Assembly: GCA_963808625.1 (NCBI GenBank)
Contig: CAWEHK010000033.1
Span: 32,001 to 96,000, forward strand
Length of the DNA: 64,000 nt
DNA from: an uncultured delta proteobacterium
GTDB taxonomy: Bacteria > Desulfobacterota > Syntrophobacteria > Syntrophobacterales > Syntrophobacteraceae
Reading direction: 5' to 3'
Shown: in pieces, positions 44,388-55,209 of the stretch
Numbering within the stretch: position 1 is the stretch's first letter
Layout of the letters: each line of letters begins with the position of its first letter
Notes under the pieces: generated by a model
What the model was told of the DNA's origin: nothing
Seen by the model: only the letters and a program-made list of their open reading frames with translations
The model's database searches: none
Position numbers and translations under genes: made by a program

Positions 44388-45248
44388 GGGAGGGCGGCAG
44401 GCCCCCGACAGGGGAAAATCCCGGCAGTGTTGAGCAATGTGGGACGGGGTGAGGTGAGAATGCTTATAGAAGGTGAAAAGCAAGACCAGCAGACTCGGGA
44501 AAAAGAGGATCGTGCAGCCCACAATCCCCAGAAAATGTTCCTCGATCCAGAATGTAACCGCAAGGTTGAAAACAAGGATACAGAGGTAGAGCAGGGGACC
44601 CGACATCCCTATCCAAGGGATCTCGGCAAGCACGGATGGTTTGCCTGGTTCGAGAGCGGGGACGGTATCCAACGCCTGGAGCACTCCGATCATCACTAAG
44701 CCCACCAACAGCCAGCCACCAAAGTTGCTCATCGGTATGCCGAAATAGAGCCCGTTTTGTCGGTAGCCATAGATCTGACCGAGAAACCAGCGGTCGCCTC
44801 TGAGTGCAACAGGGTCGATGATGATATCCAGCAGCACAAATAGAAAAGCCCCCAGAACAAGGGTCTGAAGGGATCGTCTGAGATGATGGGTTTCGAGAAT
44901 GATAACCGTTTTTTTGCTGAAGAGCACCGGGCTGAGGATAAAGAGCGCCATTGCATAACTGCAATAAGAAAGAAAAACATAAGAAAGCGAGTCCATGAAG
45001 GGCACGCCCAAAACCCACAGCTCCCGGTCTGCCGTGCCGGGAAGGTAAAAGTAGTCTCCATAAGGGAATCCCCAATGAATCGAAGAGAATTCGGAAAGCC
45101 AGGCAAGGCTGTAGCCGACGGGAAGAAAGAGCAGGGTTTTTCGCCATCCGAGATGGGATGCTGAGGCAGCAAGGTACATGGTTAGAAACGCAAAAACATA
45201 AGGGCGAAGAGCAATCGTTCCAAGGAGCAGTCGGCAGAAATCAAACAT
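44379..45248 (-). CDS. CruF-like 'carotenoid biosynthesis' membrane protein
   Basis: SEFSSIHWGFPYGDY, GVP, DIIIDPVA, FGIPMSNFGGW. Confidence 0.8.
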   Translation of the reverse strand: MFDFCRLLLGTIALRPYVFAFLTMYLAASASHLGWRKTLLFLPVGYSLAWLSEFSSIHWGFPYGDYFYLPGTADRELWVLGVPFMDSLSYVFLSYCSYAMALFILSPVLFSKKTVIILETHHLRRSLQTLVLGAFLFVLLDIIIDPVALRGDRWFLGQIYGYRQNGLYFGIPMSNFGGWLLVGLVMIGVLQALDTVPALEPGKPSVLAEIPWIGMSGPLLYLCILVFNLAVTFWIEEHFLGIVGCTILFFPSLLVLLFTFYKHSHLTPSHIAQHCRDFPLSGACRPPLD

Positions 45249-46236
45249 AAAGATTCCACTTCACCATCCGCAACAAGTCCTTGCCATTCATCTCGAGGAC
45301 CACGGTGGGTTCAAACCCGCAATGGACCATGCACTGGGCGCAGCGCGGGTCTTTGCCGGATACGTAATGGTCCCAGTCCGTTTGTTCCATGAGTTCCCGA
45401 AAGGTTGGGTAATGCGTGTCGGTGATGAGATAGCAGGGAGATTTCCATCCCTGGGTGTTTCTGGTCGGGTTTCCCCAGGGGGTGCATTGCAGCTTGCGTC
45501 CTCCTGCCACGAAATCGAGATAGAGGGGATTGCTGATCAGGGGAAAGCGCCGCCCCCATCGGCGTATTTCCCTGAACTTCTGCATGATTTCCTGGCGGGT
45601 CAGAAACACCTCGCCGGCTACGTTCTCATAGCTGAATCCCGGAGCCACCAAAATGCCGTCCACACCGGCAGCGGTCAACTGCTTAAAGAGCACCTCAAGG
45701 TCGGCAAGATCCGTTTCCCGATAAACCGTGGTATTAGTGCTCACCCTGAAGCCTTTGCTCTTGGCCGCCAGCAATCCGGCAAAAGCTTTTCTAAATCCGC
45801 CGGGGCGCCCGATGATGAGGTCATGGACGGGCTCGGAGCCGTCAAAATGGAGGTTCCAGGTAAAACGGGAGCAGGGACGGAAGTGCTCTAGCGATTCTTC
45901 GAGCAACAGGCCGTTGGTGCAAAAATAGATGTGCTTTCCGCGTGCAAGCACCGATTCTACGAGTTCATTCACGCGTGAGTAAAGCAGCGGCTCGCCGCCG
46001 GTAATGGTCACCACGGGTGCATCCGCCTCATCGACTGCCTCGAGGCAAGATTCGATGCTCATTTCATCGAGAATCGTGTCACGATACTCGCGAATGCGGC
46101 CGCAGCCGGCACAGGTCAAATTACAGCGATGGGTCGGTTCAAGCATGAGCACGAGAGGGAAAAGCTTTTCCTTGTGCATTCTTTTTCGAACCAAATACCG
46201 GGTCATGGAAGCATAGAGACTGATGGGAAAGCGCAT
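45241..46236 (-). CDS. hpnH: adenosyl-hopene transferase (radical SAM)
   Basis: FPLVLMLEP..RCNL.CAGCG, CTPWGNPT, GWKSPCYL, CAQCMVHCGFE. Confidence 0.93.
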   Translation of the reverse strand: MRFPISLYASMTRYLVRKRMHKEKLFPLVLMLEPTHRCNLTCAGCGRIREYRDTILDEMSIESCLEAVDEADAPVVTITGGEPLLYSRVNELVESVLARGKHIYFCTNGLLLEESLEHFRPCSRFTWNLHFDGSEPVHDLIIGRPGGFRKAFAGLLAAKSKGFRVSTNTTVYRETDLADLEVLFKQLTAAGVDGILVAPGFSYENVAGEVFLTRQEIMQKFREIRRWGRRFPLISNPLYLDFVAGGRKLQCTPWGNPTRNTQGWKSPCYLITDTHYPTFRELMEQTDWDHYVSGKDPRCAQCMVHCGFEPTVVLEMNGKDLLRMVKWNLYV

Positions 46237-46251
46237 TCAAACCTCAATTCA

Positions 46252-47247
46252 CTATTTTCGGGTCACGTAGCCGCGATTGCGGAACCACGAGACGGCTTCG
46301 GCCAGGGCGGTTTCCACAGGGGTTTGGGGAAGACCCAATTCGCTTATGGCTTTGCCCGCATCAAAAAACATGAACCGCTTCGCCATCTTAACCCCTTCGT
46401 AAGGGATAAGCGGCTCTCTGCCGGTGATTTTCGACGTCGCCTGAAAAATGGCGCCTAGAAACAAGATGGGATAATAGGGCAGGCGATAGCGCGGGGCTGG
46501 AATTCCCGAGACCTTTTCCAGAAGCCGAAAAATCTCCGCAAGGGTCAAGTTTTGATTCCCCAGAATATACTTTTCCCCCACCCGTCCGTATTCCAGAGCC
46601 AGCAAATGACCTTCTGCGACATCGGATACGTGGATCAAATTCAAGCCGGTGTCCAAAAAAGCGGGCATACGGCGATTCAAAAAGTCTACGATGATTTTAC
46701 CGGTCGGCGTCGGCTTGTGGTCGCCGGGGCCTACCGGCGTGCTGGGATGGACCATAACCACCGGCAATCCCTGATCAAGGAAACCCTCCGTTGAGCGTTC
46801 CGCCAGGAATTTTGACTTCTTGTAATGCCCTACCATCTCCTCCAGGCAAACGGGAGTCGCTTCGTCGGACGGTCTTCCGCCGGGTTTCAAGCCAAGAGCA
46901 CCCACACTGCTCGTGTAAACGACCCGCTCGACGCGGTTTGCGAGCGCCGCCTGCATCACGTTCACGGTCCCGGTGACATTGGTTTCGTAGATCTCCTCGG
47001 GATTCTTTGCCCATAGACGATAATCGGCGGCAACATGAAAGACGACATCACAACCGGCCATTGCCGACCGGATTTGCTCAAAACTCCGAATGTCCCCTGA
47101 ATGCCAATCGATTTCGGCCCATTCGACAAAGGGCGCAGGCGATTGGGGGCGCCTCAGAGCGCGAACTCTCCAACCCCGCTGCACCAAATGAATTGCCACA
47201 TGGCCTCCAATAAAGCCGGTGGCGCCGGTAATAAAGGCAGTTGGCAT
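46252..47247 (-). CDS. hpnA: hopanoid-associated NAD-dependent epimerase
   Basis: TGATGFIG, FHVAADYRLW, YKKSK, KPTPTG. Confidence 0.88.
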   Translation of the reverse strand: MPTAFITGATGFIGGHVAIHLVQRGWRVRALRRPQSPAPFVEWAEIDWHSGDIRSFEQIRSAMAGCDVVFHVAADYRLWAKNPEEIYETNVTGTVNVMQAALANRVERVVYTSSVGALGLKPGGRPSDEATPVCLEEMVGHYKKSKFLAERSTEGFLDQGLPVVMVHPSTPVGPGDHKPTPTGKIIVDFLNRRMPAFLDTGLNLIHVSDVAEGHLLALEYGRVGEKYILGNQNLTLAEIFRLLEKVSGIPAPRYRLPYYPILFLGAIFQATSKITGREPLIPYEGVKMAKRFMFFDAGKAISELGLPQTPVETALAEAVSWFRNRGYVTRK

Positions 47248-47523
47248 CTTGATTACTCTCAATTTATAGTCGCAAAAAATGTTCGTCTTCTATATCAAAA
47301 TCATCTATAGCTCGCAACCCGACATCTCCGAAAGCTAAAGAAATAAACCGATTTCTCCAGGCTCACAGTCCTCTCACTTACGGGTTGTTGTATTTAACCT
47401 TGAGGTGATCTTTGTGGTTCCCCAATTGCCTTGACTCGTCCTCTTCTCTCCTCTAAACTCGATACCGGATACGCAAAGGTTAGGAGCAGGATTGGAGGGG
47501 CGCTTAAAGAGGGAGGGTCGAAA

Positions 47524-48651
47524 ATGAAACAGACTTTGATGGTGGTCGCACTGATTTCAGTTTTGAGCTTTTGTAGTTCCGGAAACACCCAGGCGCAACC
47601 GATTGAAAGTGAGCTTTATCTGATCACCCCTGTCTCTAAGGACGTCCATGATCCCGTTCTGAAGGCGTTTGAGCAATATGCCAAGAAGAAATGGAACGTC
47701 GACCTGAAGACGAGCGCGATTCCCAAAGGCACACCGGTTGCGTATGGTCAGATCCTGGAATGGAAGGGCAGGCCCCAGGCCGATGTTTTCTGGGGTGGTG
47801 AAGGAACCCTTTTTGATGACCTGGCGGCACAAGGGTTGTTGGAGAAGGTGCAGCTCCCTCAGAAGGTTTGGGATGAAATTCCGGCGAGCATCGGAAAGCC
47901 GGTGCCCCTGCCTCTCAAGGATCCTAAGATGTTCTGGGTGGGGACGATGCTCGAACCCTATGGAATCATCTATCAGCCGAAGCTTTTGAAACGGCTGGGT
48001 GTTGAAATCAAAGACTGGGACGACCTGCTCAATCCTAAACTAAAGGGTCAAATTGCCCAGTGCACCCCCGATCGATCGAGCTCGAGTCATGCCACCTGTG
48101 AGGTCGTCCTCCAGACCTACGGGTGGGAAAAGGGCTGGGAATGGTTGACTAAGCTGGCGGCCAATACGGGAATTTTTACCGCCCGTTCCCGAGACGTGCC
48201 GAATGTGGTGGCAAAAGGGGAATTTGCCGTCGGATTCGGGGTGCCCAGCTATATGGCCTTTGCTGAGGTCCTGGGCGGGTATGAACTCATGTATGTGTAT
48301 CCGACCAACGCCTACGTCACGCCTGAACCAATGTCCGTGCTGAAAGGAGCACCGCATCCCAAAGCAGCCCACGCTTTCATCGAGTTCCTGATATCCGAGG
48401 AGGGGCAGAAACTCGTCTCGGAATTAGGCGTCTACCCCATAACGCCCAAGTACAAAGTTCAGGGCCCTCCGGGATCCAACCAGGAGAAGGCGGTTGCTTT
48501 TACAGGCGGAGTCCGTTCATTCTTCGATATCCCTGTCGGTAACGTTTATGATGTCAGCCTCGCGGGCGAGAAGAAGCGCATTGAAGAGGTCAACGCCTAT
48601 TTTCGTAAGGAGATTACCGAAAAACACAAAGACATCGTTAAAGATAAATAG
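47524..48651 (+). CDS. ABC transporter substrate-binding protein (AfuA/Fe3+/thiamine superfamily)
   Basis: Signal peptide, PQADVFWGG, WDDLL.P.LKG, AHAFIEFL.SEEGQ. Confidence 0.88.
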   Translation: MKQTLMVVALISVLSFCSSGNTQAQPIESELYLITPVSKDVHDPVLKAFEQYAKKKWNVDLKTSAIPKGTPVAYGQILEWKGRPQADVFWGGEGTLFDDLAAQGLLEKVQLPQKVWDEIPASIGKPVPLPLKDPKMFWVGTMLEPYGIIYQPKLLKRLGVEIKDWDDLLNPKLKGQIAQCTPDRSSSSHATCEVVLQTYGWEKGWEWLTKLAANTGIFTARSRDVPNVVAKGEFAVGFGVPSYMAFAEVLGGYELMYVYPTNAYVTPEPMSVLKGAPHPKAAHAFIEFLISEEGQKLVSELGVYPITPKYKVQGPPGSNQEKAVAFTGGVRSFFDIPVGNVYDVSLAGEKKRIEEVNAYFRKEITEKHKDIVKDK

Positions 48652-48691
48652 GAGTGACGATTTCCCGATTTCGAATTTGAGGAATAGCGAT

Positions 48692-48915
48692 ATGAGGAGC
48701 TTTGAGGAATTATCCGGCCGAGGGCAGGGGCCCCGGCCTGGCAATTCCTCAGTTCATCCGCCTTCCGGGTTATTCGCAGCACTCCTGAGAGGAAGTCTAG
48801 CTCCCGGCTTGTCTGGGTCCGGCCGGCAGGTGCATGATTCGGGTCGCATGCAAAAGATTCTTTGAGCTTGCCTCCTAGTGTTGGAAGCAAATCAAAGGTT
48901 CTTAAGAATGCCTGA
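48692..48915 (+). pseudogene. decayed four-helix-bundle (23S IVP-like) gene remnant
   Basis: Fragments MRSFEEL, QFIRLPGYSQHS*EEV*, FELAS*CWKQIKG with in-frame stops. Confidence 0.5.
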
Positions 48916-49007
48916 GAAAATAAAGCTCCGAGCAGAAACAGGATTGAATTCCAGAATTTCTCAATCCTCCACCCCCTCATTCAGAAGAAGAACCCGGTCA
49001 TCTCGAA

Positions 49008-50087
49008 ATGAACATTGAACTGCAGGACGTTGTTAAGAGGTTTGGCGCCCTTGAAGCGGTAAGCCACGTTTCCCTGTCCATCAAAGCCGGGGAACTCTTC
49101 ACCCTCTTGGGCCCTTCCGGTTGCGGTAAGACCACGATTCTACGACTGATCGGTGGTTTTCACCAGCCAGATCTCGGCTTAATCGCTTTCGGAGGTAAAA
49201 ACGTCACCGGAATCCCGCCTTATGAACGAAACATCGGCATGGTTTTTCAGAATTACGCCCTGTGGCCCCACATGACGATCTACGCCAATATCGCCTACGG
49301 ATTGAAACTACAGAAGATTGCAAAAGGAGAGGTTGAAAGGAAAGTCTCCCACGCCCTGCATCTGGTCAACCTGGAGGGACTCGGGGAGCGCTACCCCGGC
49401 CAATTGTCAGGAGGGCAACAGCAGCGGGTCGCTCTGGCAAGGGCCCTGGTTCTGAATCCCGACGTGCTGCTGCTGGACGAACCTCTGAGCAATCTGGACG
49501 CCAAGATCCGGCTCCAGGTGCGGGCTGAAATTCGCAAACTCCAGAAGGAGCTCGCCATAACCACCGTCTATGTTACCCATGACCAGGAAGAAGCCCTCAC
49601 CCTTTCCGATCGCATTGCCGTGATCGAACACGGGCGACTGCAGCAGGTCGGCACCCCCTGGGACCTCTATGAAAGACCGACAAACCCCTTTGTGGCTGAC
49701 TTTATCGGGATCAACAACCTCATTCCGGGTCAGGTTCTGGAACACAGCCAAACCGAAGGTCTGGTGACGGTGGAGACGGAGGTCGGACAGTTCCTGGGGG
49801 AGCACTCAATGAACCTTCAGAGACGAGGGCAATGTATGGTCTGCGTGCGACCCGAAACTGCTTCCATCGGTGAGACGGAACCGGCCGACCATACGCTCAA
49901 CAGGATTTCCGGAGCGGTCAGTTTTGCGTCCTTCATCGGGAATGCCGTTCGCTATGACGTTGATATTGGTTTTGGCCTGACCTTCAGGGTTGATGTTCAA
50001 AATCCAAGGGATCACAAACCCTATGACATTGGGGAGAAGGTCATCGTCAGTTTTTCAACCAGGACGACTCTCGCCATTCCAGCCTAA
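49008..50087 (+). CDS. ABC transporter ATP-binding protein (PotA/AfuC-like, TOBE)
   Basis: GPSGCGKTT, VFQNYALWPHM, LSGGQQQR, DEPLSNLD. Confidence 0.93.
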   Translation: MNIELQDVVKRFGALEAVSHVSLSIKAGELFTLLGPSGCGKTTILRLIGGFHQPDLGLIAFGGKNVTGIPPYERNIGMVFQNYALWPHMTIYANIAYGLKLQKIAKGEVERKVSHALHLVNLEGLGERYPGQLSGGQQQRVALARALVLNPDVLLLDEPLSNLDAKIRLQVRAEIRKLQKELAITTVYVTHDQEEALTLSDRIAVIEHGRLQQVGTPWDLYERPTNPFVADFIGINNLIPGQVLEHSQTEGLVTVETEVGQFLGEHSMNLQRRGQCMVCVRPETASIGETEPADHTLNRISGAVSFASFIGNAVRYDVDIGFGLTFRVDVQNPRDHKPYDIGEKVIVSFSTRTTLAIPA

Positions 50088-50117
50088 CCCCCATGACCCC
50101 GAGGGTCACAACGAAAA

Positions 50118-51902
50118 ATGAAATCCCCCTTTTGTAAAGGGGGGCATGGGGGATTTCATATAAACAGGATGTCAAGGATCGACATGGACCCAGTGCGTGA
50201 GGCAATCACAACAACAAGCCGGGCCGGCTTGGGCCGGCGACTCAACCTCGGCGGTTTGTTGGGTTATGCCGGAATTTGGCTGTTCATGGCGATATTCCTC
50301 ATCTATCCTCTCATCCGCCTTTTCTACGACGCTTTCACCACCGATGCCGACGCCTTCACCTTCATGAACTTCTATGACTTCTTCAGCGATCCTTTCTATC
50401 TTAAAGCCCTTGTTAATTCGCTCCTCCTAGGGGTTGCCACCGTCATTACAACTTCCGTCATCGGGATCACCTTCGCCTTTCTTCTGCTGCGCTACGAGTT
50501 CCCCGGGAGGGGTCTCTTCTCCTTTCTATCAATCGTTCCCATGATCATGCCCCCCTTGGTCGGGGTCATGGGCTTCGTTTTTATCTTGGGCAGGGCAGGT
50601 ACGGTGAATGTGATTCTGATGGATTATCTCGGCTTTTCCAAACCGATCAATTTCATGTACGGAATTCACGGCGTGCTGTTGGTTGAGACGCTGCACCTCT
50701 TTCCTCTCATGACTCTGAGCATCGTTGACGCGATGGGGAAAATCTCGCCCTCTCTGGATGAAGCGGCGGAGAGCGTCGGGTCCACCGGGTTTCGGAAATT
50801 TTGGGACATCACCTTTCCCCTCACCACTCCCGGCTATGTGTCGGGCGCCCTTCTGGTCTTTATCTGGACCTTTGCCGACTTCGCCACACCTCTGGTGGTG
50901 GGGATAGATGATCTCCTGGCTTCCCAGGCCTACCTGAACATCGTACAGTTCGTGGATCGAAGACTGTTCAAGATGGGTATCGTCATCTCCGCCATCATGA
51001 TTCTTCTTGCCATCGTGTTTCTGATTGTCGCCAAGCGCTACGTTGCCCTGAAGGACTACAGCTCGCTGTCCTACAGCGTAATCGAGAGAAGAGCCCTCTC
51101 CACCCCGGGAAAAATCGGGGTGTTAATTTTTCTGAGTGCGGTTCTCATTTTTGCCTTCATTCCCTACCTGGGGATCATCCTCGATTCCTTTGGCAAAGGC
51201 TGGGCCCTGACCCCCATTCCGGTAAAGTATACCTTCCAATATTTTCAACGAGTCGCCATTGAAACCCCCAAGTTCATCCTGAACAGCATCCTCTATTCGG
51301 GGATTACGGTTGTGATCTGCATCGTCATCGGGGTGCCGATCGCCTGGGTAATGGCCCGGACCAAGCTACCCGGACGAGACGCCCTTGATTCTCTCACCAC
51401 CCTGATCCTGGCCCTTCCCGGAACCGGCATCGGCATTGCCTACCTCCGTGCTTTTCGAGAGCCTTTTCCGTTTACGTCCACAGCCCTGATCGGTATGTGG
51501 ATCGTCATACCCCTTGTCCTGGGGGTGCGGCGCATGCCCTATACGGTGAGAGGAACCTTCGCGTCGCTCCAGATCGTCCATCAATCGTTTGAAGAGGCGG
51601 CCGAAAGTGTCGGCGCAAAGAAGGCCACTACGTTCAAGGACGTGACGCTGCCTCTGATCTGGAAGGGGGTGCTGGTGGGATCCCTCTATTCTTTTATCCT
51701 GGCGCTTCAGGAAGCCTCAGCCACCCTTCTTCTGGTGGTTCCCGGCCATGAGATGATGCCCGTAGGTATTTTTAATTTCTATATCGGGGGTTCAGTGAAC
51801 GAAGCGGCCGCCCTCGGTCTTATCTTGATTATTCTTGGAGCAACGTGTCTCTTTGCCATCAACAAAATTACGGGGACGAAGATGGGCGGCGTTTTCGGAT
51901 AG
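50118..51902 (+). CDS. ABC transporter fused permease (AfuB/FbpB-like)
   Basis: Two EAA motifs (LDEAAESVG, FEEAAESVGA); real start probably near 50184. Confidence 0.9.
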   Translation: MKSPFCKGGHGGFHINRMSRIDMDPVREAITTTSRAGLGRRLNLGGLLGYAGIWLFMAIFLIYPLIRLFYDAFTTDADAFTFMNFYDFFSDPFYLKALVNSLLLGVATVITTSVIGITFAFLLLRYEFPGRGLFSFLSIVPMIMPPLVGVMGFVFILGRAGTVNVILMDYLGFSKPINFMYGIHGVLLVETLHLFPLMTLSIVDAMGKISPSLDEAAESVGSTGFRKFWDITFPLTTPGYVSGALLVFIWTFADFATPLVVGIDDLLASQAYLNIVQFVDRRLFKMGIVISAIMILLAIVFLIVAKRYVALKDYSSLSYSVIERRALSTPGKIGVLIFLSAVLIFAFIPYLGIILDSFGKGWALTPIPVKYTFQYFQRVAIETPKFILNSILYSGITVVICIVIGVPIAWVMARTKLPGRDALDSLTTLILALPGTGIGIAYLRAFREPFPFTSTALIGMWIVIPLVLGVRRMPYTVRGTFASLQIVHQSFEEAAESVGAKKATTFKDVTLPLIWKGVLVGSLYSFILALQEASATLLLVVPGHEMMPVGIFNFYIGGSVNEAAALGLILIILGATCLFAINKITGTKMGGVFG

Positions 51903-52031
51903 GCATGAATGGATGCGGATTGAGGTGGTGCTAGGGGCGGACAGGGATAAATCTGCCGTGTTCTTATCAGTCCCGCCCATCCCTGTCTCACAAGAAAGAA
52001 CGAATCACCACAAGGTGCAAACCGGGTTTCA

Positions 52032-53359
52032 ATGGCAAGCAGCGTCAGCCAGAAGTTCGACCTCATCGTCATCGGTTCCGGTCTTGCCGGAACGGCAGCC
52101 AGCTGTTTTGCGGCGGCGCGGGGTTTGAGAATCGCACAGGTCTCGGCCACCGGAGGGGAGCTTGCCTTCGCCAGCGGCTTGCTGGATCTTCTCGGTGTCT
52201 ATCCACCCCATGAACAAAGGCCCTGGGACGATCCCTGGGCCGGGATTGCCGCTCTTGCCGCTGTCTCCCCGCAGCATCCCTATGCACGCATGACCGTCAA
52301 TACCATCCGGGAGGCGCTCAGGGAATTTCTCACAATCCTGGATGCAGCAGGGCTCCCCTACTGTGGATTGCCGGACCGCAATGCTATGTTGGCCACTGCA
52401 GCGGGGACGCTGAAGACGACCTATCGGGTCCCCCAATCCATGTATCGCGGAGTGCTTGCCCTCCAGGAAAAGCGCCCGACCCTGCTCGTTGATTTTGAGG
52501 GTATGAAGGATTTCAGCGCCGCCATGATGGTAGCGGTGATGCGTCCCCGGTGGCCTGCTTTGGCGGCTTTGCGCCTCCCTTTCCCGGAGACCTTCCCGGG
52601 TGTTGATCGCCAGAATCTTCAGCTTGCCGAAGCCGTTGAGTCCTCAGAAGTCCGGGCAGCACTCGCCGATGCCATCCGTCCCCATCTTGCCAGTGCTCAG
52701 TTTGTGGGCATGCCGGCGGTGCTCGGGACTTCGCTCATCGAATGAGGTCATCGCTGATTTGGAAGCTCGGCTCGGAGTGGGGATCTTTGAAATTCCCACA
52801 CTGCCTCCCTCGGTTCCCGGCGTGCGCCTGCGGGAGGCACTCGAGGGGGTCCTGATGCGGCAAGGCGTTCAACTCTTGGCGGGAAGGCGGGTGATCGCGG
52901 TTCGGGATGGGGACAGCCGCTGTACCGAAATTGTCGTCGGTACCGCAAAATGGCGGGAGACACTGGAAGGGGAGGTGGTGATCCTGGCCACCGGGCGGTT
53001 TTTGGGGGAGGGCTCACGGCCGACCGAAACGGTATACGCGAAACCGCATTTGGGTTTCCGGTCACGCAGCCGCCCACCAGAGAATTGTGGCACCGCGAGC
53101 GGTTTCTGGACCTCCGAGGCCACCCCATAAATGAAGCGGGACTGGAAATCGATGATCAGTTTCGCCCCCTGGGGACAAACGGAAGGCCGGCTTCGAGAAT
53201 GTCTTCGCTGCGGGTTCTGTGCTGGCCCACCAGGACTGGATTCGCACCAAGAGCGGAGCCGGGCTGGCGATCGCCACCGCATACGGCGCGGTCGAGGCTT
53301 TCATGAGAGACGGATGTACGCGACGAAACGAAGACACGGATGAACACGGCTGGGATTAA
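52032..53359 (+). CDS. glpB: anaerobic glycerol-3-phosphate dehydrogenase subunit B (frameshifts near 52740, 53005, 53190)
   Basis: VIGSGLAG, SGLLDLLG, MPAVLG, EIPTLPPSVPG.RL, LATGRF, KSGAGLAIATA. Confidence 0.88.
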
Positions 53360-53395
53360 CGAGCGGAGAAGGAATCGGCAGCATCATGTCCGTGG

Positions 53396-54978
53396 CTAGC
53401 CGCGTCTAGCGTCCATCCGCGTCTCCAGGTTTAACAAACCACAGTGAATCGCTTCCTGGAGTTGCTCCTGCACCAGTTGGCCACCCCAGAGCACCGGCCG
53501 CAAGCCCTTCCAGCGAGTTTCAAGAAACGCCTTCAATTCCTGTATTCCTTGGTCGCCCGTGAAGACGCCGAGTCCATAGAGAAAACCCGTCGTTCGTAGG
53601 CTGCAAAAAGCCCCCTGGCAGGACCCTTTGCCCATGCGACTGTGCAGCCGAATGGCATCGAGGCTAACGGCTTCGCGATCGGTCTCGATCTGGTGAACGA
53701 TCTGAGCGACGGCGCTCACGGGTACCATTTCACACTCGCACAGCAGCGCATCATCGGGACTCTTCTGCTGCCTCCAGAGTCGGGGGGCGAGGCCGGCCAC
53801 GACCCAATCGTTCTCTGGCTCACTGGGCAGCGGTATATCCCTGGTGAGGCATGGAGCAGTGACCCCGAGGCGCTCGCAAACCAGATGCGCAGCTCTTTCG
53901 GCCGTTAGCCGGAAGGTCGTCAATTTGCCGCATACGACCGTGATCAAATTGACAAGGCCATCCCTCTCATGATCGATAATCTCGGAGCCCCGACTGACGG
54001 TGCGATCGCAGTCCAGGGGCGTGCCGCAGACGAGTGGTCTGACCCCGGCGAAAGCCCTTACGAAACGTGTTTTGTTCATTATCGGGACGACCTTCGCGGA
54101 TTCTTCCACGAGGAAGTCCACTTCGCCAAAATCGGATCGGAGGTACTCGATATCCTTCACTCTTACCGAGGTCGTTCCCACCAGCGAGACGGTTCCCCCC
54201 GGAACCACAATATCGCCGTCAGCCGGCGGCCGCAGCCGGTTGATGACCCGATCGGCAATTTTCTGCTGGGCGATCAGCATACTGCCCTTCGACCATATCA
54301 CCGGTATTTGCAGGCCGGCCAGTTCGGCAACTTTCCGACCCAGGCGCCGCCGGCATTGACAATCAGGTCCGCCTCGACGTCGATCTCTCTGCCGCTCTTA
54401 AGCCGGCGTATTCTTACGGTACGGATGCGCCTGCCTTGCCGAACCATGCCGACCACCGCGGAGAAAGTCAGCAGCTCAGCGCCATGCCGGCCTGCATCAG
54501 TCATATTATTGTAGGAGAGTGCGAAAGGATCAACGGTTGCGTCCTCAACCCGAAAAGCCGCAATGATATTTTCCGACAATTCCGGTTCAAGGTCTCTGGC
54601 CTCTTGACAATCCACCGCCTGCACCGCTATCCCGTTTTGCACGCAGAGGTGTGGAAAGTCTGCAATATATGCTTCGTTGTCTCCGGCAACGGCAACGAAC
54701 AGCCCCCCGGTATCTATGCAGCATCCGGGCGCCAATTGTTTCAGCAGGCGGGATTCCAACGCGCATTCCTGCGCCGTGACCGGATCGTTGGAAACATAAC
54801 GGGCCCCGCTGTGGAGCAATCCGTGGTTGGCTCCCGATGCTCCTGAGTTGACGTGCCCTTTTTCCACTACCAGGCACTGCAGACCGCGCAACGCGAGATC
54901 GCGAGCCAGACCCATCCCCGCAATCCCGCCGCCGATGATCAACACCTGGGTCTTCAGTCTGCTTGCAGCTCCGATCAT
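53396..54978 (-). CDS. glpA: anaerobic glycerol-3-phosphate dehydrogenase subunit A (frameshift near 54320)
   Basis: IIGGGIAG, GANHGLLHSGARY, GVRPL, GKLTTFRL, CECE..RMGKGSCQGAFC. Confidence 0.92.
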
Positions 54979-55209
54979 TGCCACCGCCTCCCGTTTCAAG
55001 CGTCCCCACATTTCAGAACATCGAATGGCCCTCGAAAGTGTCGCTCAAACATAATATGATTGCAATGGACTTTAATTGAACAATTCTCTTACCCCCTGTT
55101 GTTGAGGGAGGGAAAGCGGGGACTTACAGGCTTTGTGGTCTTGCTCAGGACTGAACATTATCGATAGAAGGACTGCGAGAAGAGCACAATTTGGAGAACG
55201 GAGCCCGAC

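Noticed and set aside
50095..50160. CCCCCTTT..AAAGGGGG hairpin, with similar short palindromes near 11435, 51930, 55090 and 58500
   Set aside because: Common intergenic palindromes; no riboswitch or ncRNA consensus recognised
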